A stretch of DNA of 64,000 nucleotides from a virus: IMG/VR virus record IMGVR_UViG_3300020451_000152, positions 10,263-74,262 of that record; one strand, given 5' to 3'. The position numbers were made by a program, and so were the translations under genes. Under the pieces are notes generated by a model, which saw only the letters and a list, made by a program, of their open reading frames with translations, was not told where the DNA came from and searched no databases. Shown here piece by piece: positions 55,913 to 64,000 of this stretch; positions within the stretch are counted from its first letter, which is position 1; each line of letters starts with the position of its first letter.

Positions 55913-58681
55913 TCAGGATAGTGTTCCTAATGAGATGGATCCGACTCCTATTACATTTAGTTTAGCAGTAGTACCATCAATAATAAATTCAACTCCAGTC
56001 GTAGCACTACCTACTAATGATCTCCATATACTATCAGATCCGTAAATCTGAAGTTGATTTGTTTGTTGGAAATAACACTGGTTAGAAGTACCCCAACCTG
56101 TAGTAAAGTTTGGTGGATTAACAGGTGATACACCACCACCTCCAGGTAAAGTATCTCTGTACTTTTCAAAACTACCTGATATTTGTTGGTCAATCACTCT
56201 TCCTTTAAATCCTCTTTCCATGAAGAAATCAAATCCAGGATCAGTTGCAAGACCAACAGGATCACCGTCTTCAAATCTTACAGTAAATCTTTTATTAGCA
56301 CCATCATACCACATGCTACCTGCAAAGTCACCATCAGCAACATCAACAACAGCAGGGTTATCTGGTATGCCACCACCAGGAGTATAATTTCTTGGTAAGA
56401 TAAATGCCTCTCCAGCATATCTCATATCTAACGAACCACCTGGATCACCACTGTTAATACCAATCCTACATGTAGTTGTACCAGCAACACCAACAGTTCC
56501 ACCTACCCCTGTATGATTATTCCAGAATGTTGTAGGTTTATAGACTTCAAATGTACCACCATTATTAGAAGAATTTATAGTTGTCGTAGTTCCGATACCT
56601 ACGCTACCCTCAAATATTGCTTGAGAGTTTGATAATACACCTGCATCTCTAATTAAACCAACATGTAATAAATCAGTTGCAGTTCTTTGACCTGAAGTGG
56701 ATCCAATACCTATACCCTTACCACCACTACCATCTGTTTGTACAAATATCTCAGCACCATTACCAATTTGTAAACCTTGACTAACTGTTGTTGTTATACC
56801 TGAAGCACCAATACCCATGCCCAAGTAACTAGCAAACATTCTTGTGTCTGTACCGTCACCAATTACTAAATTATTAACTGTGGTAACACCTTGGTAGGCA
56901 ATCAAGTTGTTAGCAGTAATTAAACCTGTTAATCCATTCAGATTTACATTTCCTACATCAACTGTTCCAATACCACTAACAGTTAAGTTTCCACCAACAT
57001 CAAGAGAATTTGTTGTAATAATACCTGCAATCTTAGCGTTGCTAACTTCAACCTTACTACCAAAGAATCCATCAGTACATGATGAATATCCAGATGCAGT
57101 AATATCTGCAATACCTCTCAATGATCCTGAGAATGTAGCACCACCAGCAACTACAATACCACCGCCAACATCTACTATTCCACCGTTAGCATTAATTCTA
57201 CCAACTGTAAGAGCAGCACCAGGTAGATTAATACCACCCAATCCCAAACTACCACCAGTAGTGAGATTTATATCTCCACCAAGTGTAGCACCACCACCTA
57301 CAACTAATCCACCACCTGTTCCAGTAAGACCACCATTAGCTACGACTCCACCACCTGTAAATATTCCTGATCCACTTGATATGATAGATCCACATGTAAA
57401 TGCACCACCTACAGTCATACCTTGAGCAGTATTCAACTCATCACAAGTTATATCTCCATCAAATATCATGTCACCTGCACCAGTGACAGTACCAGTTAAT
57501 GAAGTGATACCAGCAACAGATAATCCAGCACCAACATTTATTGTATTAACATCAATATCTCCACCAATATCCAAATTACCAACAATACTTCCACCAATAG
57601 CAATACTACCACTAAGAATTATATCTCCATCAGATACTCTAACAGTACCAATAAATCCTGCTGCCTGTCCTGAAGCTGATGATGTTGCACCAACACCTAA
57701 AAACTCACCTACCAATAAATCCTGTCCTATTGTACTGATACCATTACCATTAATAAAGGCAGGTGCTAATCCTGTTGTTCGTAATTCTTCTACCTGAATG
57801 GAAGGATCACCCAATAAACTATATGCAGTTTGAGCACCAACAGCAGTAGATGCTGTTCCACTAAATGTTGTAGCAGTAATTATTCCTGCCTCTGCAACCA
57901 CTCCACCACTAATTTTTAATGTGCTGAAACTTGTAATACCTGTAAATGTTCCTCCTACACCAGTAATATAATTAACATCAATATTAGGCGTGTCAGTTAA
58001 ACCAGCAGCAACATTTGCTAATGCTGCGTTAGTAACCGTACCAATAAATTGAGGTGCTTCTATCTGTGAAGTTGCAGTGATAGTAGAGAATGTACCAACA
58101 TCACCAACAATAGTGCCTTGACCACTTCCAGTAACATTGACAGCAGTTATATTCTTTCCTACTAATCCTTCAAATGTTCCAACGCCACTGTTGGCATCCA
58201 TGTATATCTCATAACCTACAGCAAAATCTGATCCTCCCCTTGGAATCTCTGTTCCTATACCTACATCTTTAAGGGCATATATCGTATTACCACTACCAGG
58301 ATTATTCCATACAGATGCTGGTAGTCCTGTTAATCCTGCACCATTACCACTAAATGACTGTGCAACCACATTACCATCAGCATCAACAGTAAATCCAGTA
58401 GTTCCAATACCAACTTGAAATACTGCTTCAGGAACTGTAGTTCCAATACCCACTGAGGATCCAACAGAAACATTTAAGTTATCTCTTATACTTGTCACAC
58501 CAGTGACAGTTAAATCATGCAACTCTGAGTGATTATCAACAATTACATTACCTCGAACATCGAGTTGTTGCCTGGGTATGGTACTACCAATACCCACCAG
58601 ACCATTATTAGATATCAGGTCATCAGTATCAACCTGAATACCATCTCTAAAATTGATGACAGTTTTATAATTGCTAGGCAT
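55913..58681 (-). CDS. Glycine-rich tail fibre protein
   Basis: Repeated VGIG(T/S)T.P...L.V.G motifs, F.G.G..LT, Gly-rich beta-helix-like centre. Late promoter ATAAATA upstream. Confidence 0.75.
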   Translation of the reverse strand: MPSNYKTVINFRDGIQVDTDDLISNNGLVGIGSTIPRQQLDVRGNVIVDNHSELHDLTVTGVTSIRDNLNVSVGSSVGIGTTVPEAVFQVGIGTTGFTVDADGNVVAQSFSGNGAGLTGLPASVWNNPGSGNTIYALKDVGIGTEIPRGGSDFAVGYEIYMDANSGVGTFEGLVGKNITAVNVTGSGQGTIVGDVGTFSTITATSQIEAPQFIGTVTNAALANVAAGLTDTPNIDVNYITGVGGTFTGITSFSTLKISGGVVAEAGIITATTFSGTASTAVGAQTAYSLLGDPSIQVEELRTTGLAPAFINGNGISTIGQDLLVGEFLGVGATSSASGQAAGFIGTVRVSDGDIILSGSIAIGGSIVGNLDIGGDIDVNTINVGAGLSVAGITSLTGTVTGAGDMIFDGDITCDELNTAQGMTVGGAFTCGSIISSGSGIFTGGGVVANGGLTGTGGGLVVGGGATLGGDINLTTGGSLGLGGINLPGAALTVGRINANGGIVDVGGGIVVAGGATFSGSLRGIADITASGYSSCTDGFFGSKVEVSNAKIAGIITTNSLDVGGNLTVSGIGTVDVGNVNLNGLTGLITANNLIAYQGVTTVNNLVIGDGTDTRMFASYLGMGIGASGITTTVSQGLQIGNGAEIFVQTDGSGGKGIGIGSTSGQRTATDLLHVGLIRDAGVLSNSQAIFEGSVGIGTTTTINSSNNGGTFEVYKPTTFWNNHTGVGGTVGVAGTTTCRIGINSGDPGGSLDMRYAGEAFILPRNYTPGGGIPDNPAVVDVADGDFAGSMWYDGANKRFTVRFEDGDPVGLATDPGFDFFMERGFKGRVIDQQISGSFEKYRDTLPGGGGVSPVNPPNFTTGWGTSNQCYFQQTNQLQIYGSDSIWRSLVGSATTGVEFIIDGTTAKLNVIGVGSISLGTLS

Positions 58682-58708
58682 TATCTTTTAGTGGGCAAGA
58701 CCTTTTAC

Positions 58709-61700
58709 TTATTTATCTTTGATGTCATCGACCTGTTGTGACAAGTCTTTGACTGCCTCTATTAATAGAGGAATTAATTTATTATAGTGGACACCCTTAG
58801 TGCCGTCAGGTTTAGTAGATACTGCTTCAGGAAGAACCTTCTCTACATCTTGAGCAATGACACCAATGTCATGCCCTTGGTAGTTCTTGTTACCTTCCTT
58901 CCAATCATATTCAGTACCACGAATACTAACAAGTTTCTCAAGAGGATTATCTAATGTAGATATATTCTCTTTTAATGTAGCATCAGATGATTGACCATAG
59001 AATGCGATAATATCATCACAACAATGAATAGGACCACCACAGAATGTAACACCAGCACCACTGAAGAATACATCACCACTAAAGGTAGTGAATCCAGTAA
59101 TGTTAGTTTGTTGGTTAAAGAATACTGGTGCATCATATGCAGTATCAGTTGCAATAGCAACCTTAAATCCTGGTGCTGCATTAAGAACTAGATCACCAGT
59201 ATTAAACTTGGTAGTAATCTCAGTCTTATTAGTTCCAACACCAACCTCAACATTATTAATCTTTGCACCGTTAGGGAATGAACCAGTAAAGTCAATAGTA
59301 CCAGCAAGTTCAATACTACCACTAGATACAACCTTACCTGTGAAGTTTACATCATTTGTAAATGTAACAGGACCATCAAACTGTGACAAGATATTTTGTT
59401 GAGCACCACCCTCAACATTGATTCTTTGTTTAACTGTGATTTCATCAACAACTATAGAGTTAGCAGATGGATCTTCACCAGTGATAGTAGGAATAGGAAT
59501 ATCAAATGATTTTTCCTGTCCAGTAGCAGAGTTAATCTTCTTGTTACCAATGAAGAAATCACCTCTGTTGTTTAGTCCAGTGTAAACAACTGAACCACCA
59601 CTTCTATTTTGTGCTTGAGATAGATACTCTTCAATCTCATTCAATGATCTATTCTGTACCTGTGGTAGTGATGTTGAATAGTTACCAGGACCATAACCAA
59701 GATATTCAAATGTGTGACCTGATGCACGAAGGATAGAAGGTCTTCTTGTTTCTACTGGGAGAACATTAACTTTCTTAAGTAGAGAATCAATAGGATGTGT
59801 TTTAGGTACTGTACCCATTTGTCCACGGAGAACCGTGAGTGAGTCATTACCAGCACCAGATAGTCCTGTTGATGATACTCTTACAATTTCCTCACCAATT
59901 TCCAAGTAATCTCCTAATTGGAATCTATTAGCAGTACCAATACCACTTGAATGTTGTACTGGAATTGATGTAGCAGTATTTGTGATATCTGTCTTAAGAC
60001 CAACAGAGTCACCACCATAGAAGTTAAAGAATCTAGATCCAATAGCTTCGTTGACATTAACCTTCTGATTGTTATCGGAGAAGGCATGTCTTAGTAATCT
60101 AAAGTTACTGGTAACTGCTGGATCAGTAACAGTTCTAGAAGTAAATGATGTAACACCACTCAATATATTATTAATGTAGTAATCACCAACCTTTTCATCG
60201 TTGGCATTTATTAATGTGAACTGACCACCCTGTCTAAATCCATGAGCACCACTTGTAACAAATGTAGTAATACCTGTTGTGCTATCAAACTCAGTAGAAG
60301 CAATAGCAACAGAAGGTCCGACTCTGAAAATAAACTGACCTGCCATTATGGTAGGTGATGTAGTTTGTATACCAATACTAAATGATGTCTCATCAACAAC
60401 AGATAATATTCTATAGTATCCATCATCTGTCTTACCTAAACCAGTTACTTGAATAGCATCGTTAACATTGTTTATGATACCTGTAGTTGGTACTCCAATT
60501 GATGCACCATCAAAATTCTCAGGGAATAATGTTTCACCACCTTGATATCCTGAACCAAAACTCTGTATATCAAGACCAGTGATTTGAGTAGATCCAACAC
60601 CTACAGTTACAATAGCAGTTGCACCCTTCCAATTCTGACTACCATCTAGCAATCTAACATTATATTTGGTAGTAACAGCAAATCCAGTTCCACTACTAAA
60701 TGGTGATAGATTTTCATAATCAATGAATCCATTAAATGTGTGTTGACCAGTCAATTGAACTGTAGCTACACCTGCAGATACAGGAGTAACACTAGACACA
60801 CCAAATCCTACACCAAATTTAGTTGAGAATTTATTAAGTGATTCTCTAGTAACAGAGTTAAGTAAACTATTTGTCTCAACCCTACCAACTGGATCTCTTC
60901 TTGCAAATGATACAGAAGGTGGTGGGTTCTTTCTAATATTATCTCTATCTAACTGTGGATAGAAGTCAGTAACCTGCTGACTATACTTCTGATCTGTAAA
61001 TTCTGTTGGTGGTGCGTAGTCAGATGCTATGACTTCTAATAAGTAAACACCATCACTCTCATCTTTAACCCAATCAGATAGAACTGTAGATCTATAGATA
61101 TCAAAATTACCTTTATTATTATTAACACTGAACCTAGGTAGATCAATAGTTCTATTTGAGTTCTGTTCTACAAAATTACCAGTATTCTTTTTATCACCCT
61201 CAGTATCAGTATTAGCATACTGGAACTCCATATTATTAGGAACAGCAGTTACAGTATAGTAACCATTATATCCTTTATTATCAACAGCTAAAGTATTATT
61301 AGAGTCTTGGATATTTTGAGTGTAGACAATATCACCAACTTTAACATTATGAGGTAATTCTGCCCTCACAGTTACGGTATCAGATACTTCACTACATGTA
61401 GCAATGAATCCATATGATCTCTTGAACTTTGTATCTTGTGCTGTAATAGATGTAGCAGTAATATCAGATGTCTTTGCAAAACCAGTAGAACCTGTATTTT
61501 GAATAATAAATCCATCAACAGGATTTCTAGAGTTCACTGCCTCTTTTGGTATTACATATCTAACTTTATATAATTTGTTCTCGATACCTCTAGTATCATC
61601 ATATCTCTTGAAGTATGAAGCATCTGTCTCTACTAATGACTTGATATAGTCATTATTAACTATATTATTGAACAGATCAGAGTCAGTTTCAGTTAAAATA

Positions 61701-63961
61701 TACCAGTTATTTTGATTATTATCATACTGAACTGGGTGACCAGCAGTATTTGATGACTTATCACTCACTCTACTCTCAAGTCTTAGACTATCACCACCAT
61801 ATAATGCAATAGGAATATTATTAACAGCATTAGAGAATGTCTTAGCAACTTTAATAGCAGTTGGACTGACTACAATAGCATAGTATACAGTATTAGGAAG
61901 TAAACCCTCAGGCAAATCACCTGTATCACTTAATATACGAATAGTCTCTCCATTAATAATACCAATATCCTGAACTGTTAGTTCAAAATTAGTATTTGGT
62001 AGTCCTAATGTTGAGAACTTAGTACCTTGATGTAAATTAGTTCCTGTATTAGCAGTTTGTATACCACCAGTTACATTCTCAGGCATATAAACTGGTGATC
62101 CAAACTCAGTACCACCAATTGATACATATAATTTTTCATTTAAATTAGAACCAATTCTAAATCCCTGAGTTAATTCTAATGGTGCTACATCTTCTCTAGT
62201 AAATCCAGAAAGATATAAATGTGATGATATACCTGCTTGTTGTGTCTTAGCAATATCTAATTGGAACCAAGTAATATTATCTAAGTCTTCACTATATTGT
62301 GACACCCACTCAGGTGATACAACATGTGTAATATATCCTTCATCGTCTCTTGGGAAAGCAGAGTCTCTAAATCCATCAGTGACTAGAGATAACTGTCCAA
62401 AGTTAGAGTTGGAGTTAGTAATTGAAGCATCAGCACCACTCTCACCTACAAAATGTGCATTATAACCAATAGCAAACACAGAAACTATCTGTAGAACAGC
62501 ATCTTTTACAATCTTAACATGACTTTGTTCCCATCCCTTCCTATAAATTGCACTACTATCTAAATGATATACAGTACTAGGGTCAGTAGAACTAGATTCT
62601 GCTGCTAACGCTGCACCTTTAACTGTTTGATATGCAATAGATTCGTATAGTCTTGTCTCTTTATTAAATTTAACAAATGCTCTATCATCCTTCTGTAGTG
62701 ATATACCAGTGAACTGGGCAACAACCATTGATCTAAATCCATCTGCCTTAGATCCATCTGCCTTCATACCATTCATACCATAGACTGATCTTAAAGAACA
62801 GTTAAAGATATATGGTGATGCACCTTTTACTGTATCAGATTCAATGGTAACTCTAGCAGCACTAATATTAGTTGGTTTAGCAGGTAGGTTGCTTGGGAAA
62901 TTAGTAATTACATAGGTAAACTCTGTATCAGACACAATACTTTGTACTGTTGTAGAGACATTGTATGTTGCAACATTGACACCACTTATCTTAACAGGAG
63001 TTCCAGCAGTAAATCCATGCTCTCCCTGTGTAGTAACTGTTACTTGTGATGTAGGAGTCAATCCATCACCAGCAATAATTGATGTAACAACTAGTGGGTC
63101 AGTACCTAGAGCACCAACAATTTCATATTCCTCTCTAACCTTATCAAAATCACCCTCAAAGTTTGGCCACTCATAGTTAACTGCACGACCAGTTGGTTCC
63201 TGATAGGCATAACTTAACTTATAGTAGTACATGCTAAGGTCAGTATTATCATACCCCTTAACATCATTAACACCATCAGCATACTCAAAACAAGTCAACT
63301 TGTGGTGAGAGAATGTTGGTTTAGACTGATTCTGTACTGTAAACTGTTGATGATCAGTATATACTAATCCATCTAGAAGTCCATCAAACATTGAGAACTG
63401 CCAGAAATAACAGTTACCAGTGATTCTGAACAAAGCAGATTCAGGGACAGTATCATCTGTAGGGTTAGGAACATACTTAGGTCGTATCTTTGTCTTTCTT
63501 AAATCTAATCCAACAATAGATGTACCACGAGGTATAATTACACCACCATTAACAGAGTTAAACTTATAAAGTATATTATCTTCTACAGTTAAATCAAATT
63601 CACTAGTCAATGATAGACTAAGAGTTGAAGTGGCAAGAGTCTCTGCTCCTGCAGGAGATACTACTACTGCTCTTGTAGCATCTGTTGGGTCTACCTTAAT
63701 ACCAAAACCAGGTCTATTATCAACAGTATGCTCACCTGGATATATTAGAATAGTTGTTTTATCTGATTCATCGTTATCATTACCAGATTGATATGAAAAT
63801 CTAGCAGATTCTAACAGTGCTCTCTGTATCGTCTTAAACGGTTTGGTAAGAGAGTTACCTTGATTTGTAATACTATCGGTAGAGTCCAAGTCATTTGGAT
63901 TAACATAGAGAATTCTACCCTCAGTATTCTTTATAAAATTCTCTAACTTATTTAAAGGCAT
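58709..63961 (-). CDS. Tail fibre/tailspike with C-terminal peptidase S74 intramolecular chaperone
   Basis: MPLNKLENFIKN..GRILYVNPND N-terminus, PFKTIQRAL; C-terminal SSDATLKENI...IRG.EYDWK...IGVIAQDVEKVLPEAV...V.YNKLIPLLIEAVKDL. Confidence 0.88.
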   Translation of the reverse strand: MPLNKLENFIKNTEGRILYVNPNDLDSTDSITNQGNSLTKPFKTIQRALLESARFSYQSGNDNDESDKTTILIYPGEHTVDNRPGFGIKVDPTDATRAVVVSPAGAETLATSTLSLSLTSEFDLTVEDNILYKFNSVNGGVIIPRGTSIVGLDLRKTKIRPKYVPNPTDDTVPESALFRITGNCYFWQFSMFDGLLDGLVYTDHQQFTVQNQSKPTFSHHKLTCFEYADGVNDVKGYDNTDLSMYYYKLSYAYQEPTGRAVNYEWPNFEGDFDKVREEYEIVGALGTDPLVVTSIIAGDGLTPTSQVTVTTQGEHGFTAGTPVKISGVNVATYNVSTTVQSIVSDTEFTYVITNFPSNLPAKPTNISAARVTIESDTVKGASPYIFNCSLRSVYGMNGMKADGSKADGFRSMVVAQFTGISLQKDDRAFVKFNKETRLYESIAYQTVKGAALAAESSSTDPSTVYHLDSSAIYRKGWEQSHVKIVKDAVLQIVSVFAIGYNAHFVGESGADASITNSNSNFGQLSLVTDGFRDSAFPRDDEGYITHVVSPEWVSQYSEDLDNITWFQLDIAKTQQAGISSHLYLSGFTREDVAPLELTQGFRIGSNLNEKLYVSIGGTEFGSPVYMPENVTGGIQTANTGTNLHQGTKFSTLGLPNTNFELTVQDIGIINGETIRILSDTGDLPEGLLPNTVYYAIVVSPTAIKVAKTFSNAVNNIPIALYGGDSLRLESRVSDKSSNTAGHPVQYDNNQNNWYILTETDSDLFNNIVNNDYIKSLVETDASYFKRYDDTRGIENKLYKVRYVIPKEAVNSRNPVDGFIIQNTGSTGFAKTSDITATSITAQDTKFKRSYGFIATCSEVSDTVTVRAELPHNVKVGDIVYTQNIQDSNNTLAVDNKGYNGYYTVTAVPNNMEFQYANTDTEGDKKNTGNFVEQNSNRTIDLPRFSVNNNKGNFDIYRSTVLSDWVKDESDGVYLLEVIASDYAPPTEFTDQKYSQQVTDFYPQLDRDNIRKNPPPSVSFARRDPVGRVETNSLLNSVTRESLNKFSTKFGVGFGVSSVTPVSAGVATVQLTGQHTFNGFIDYENLSPFSSGTGFAVTTKYNVRLLDGSQNWKGATAIVTVGVGSTQITGLDIQSFGSGYQGGETLFPENFDGASIGVPTTGIINNVNDAIQVTGLGKTDDGYYRILSVVDETSFSIGIQTTSPTIMAGQFIFRVGPSVAIASTEFDSTTGITTFVTSGAHGFRQGGQFTLINANDEKVGDYYINNILSGVTSFTSRTVTDPAVTSNFRLLRHAFSDNNQKVNVNEAIGSRFFNFYGGDSVGLKTDITNTATSIPVQHSSGIGTANRFQLGDYLEIGEEIVRVSSTGLSGAGNDSLTVLRGQMGTVPKTHPIDSLLKKVNVLPVETRRPSILRASGHTFEYLGYGPGNYSTSLPQVQNRSLNEIEEYLSQAQNRSGGSVVYTGLNNRGDFFIGNKKINSATGQEKSFDIPIPTITGEDPSANSIVVDEITVKQRINVEGGAQQNILSQFDGPVTFTNDVNFTGKVVSSGSIELAGTIDFTGSFPNGAKINNVEVGVGTNKTEITTKFNTGDLVLNAAPGFKVAIATDTAYDAPVFFNQQTNITGFTTFSGDVFFSGAGVTFCGGPIHCCDDIIAFYGQSSDATLKENISTLDNPLEKLVSIRGTEYDWKEGNKNYQGHDIGVIAQDVEKVLPEAVSTKPDGTKGVHYNKLIPLLIEAVKDLSQQVDDIKDK

Positions 63962-64000
63962 CTCTCTATAATAAGATACATTGTGCTGATGTTATTTAGT

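Noticed and set aside
1-64000. tRNA genes, integrase/transposase, inteins or introns in the giant ORFs
   Set aside because: No cloverleaf/T-loop-CCA pattern, recombinase motif or intein/homing-endonuclease signature was recognised by eye. tRNAscan-SE and an HMM scan would be needed to exclude them formally.

Overview
AT-rich 64-kb segment of a T4-like marine cyanomyovirus genome (P-SSM2/Syn9-like gene order). Essentially all genes lie on the minus strand. 1-34.8 kb is the late structural block: gp13 neck (truncated), a 2409-aa repeat/LamG fibre protein, a VrlC/DUF4815-like protein, and baseplate gp8, gp7 (4898 aa), gp6 and gp25. 34.9-37.7 kb holds small conserved genes: DUF1257/DUF2997, a GT2-like protein, a 2OG-Fe(II) oxygenase and an AbrB-like protein. 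37.7-38.3 kb is non-coding and origin-like. 38.3-52.8 kb is an early, hypervariable island built from cassettes, each opened by a 22-bp palindrome sitting 29-31 nt upstream of TATAAT (9 copies). It carries many small ORFs, a DNA methyltransferase, an SF2 helicase, a putative restriction endonuclease, two flavin-halogenase paralogues and a DUF6267-like gene. 52.8-64 kb holds two prolyl-hydroxylase-like genes behind a Gly-X-Pro-rich adhesin-like protein, plus two tail fibres (one with an S74 chaperone). Best candidates for undescribed biology: (1) a ~357-nt highly structured RNA (46484-46840) with its own promoter, co-transcribed with an Arg-rich small protein inside a 1.9-kb cassette bounded by 19-bp direct repeats; (2) a four-segment Gly-X-X adhesin with an Arg/Trp tip and adjacent candidate prolyl hydroxylases; (3) the origin-like region with divergent promoters, inverted TTTTCCACA boxes and two Met-Thr-Leu-stop minigenes. 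All calls come from reading the sequence by eye; no searches or folding programs were run.
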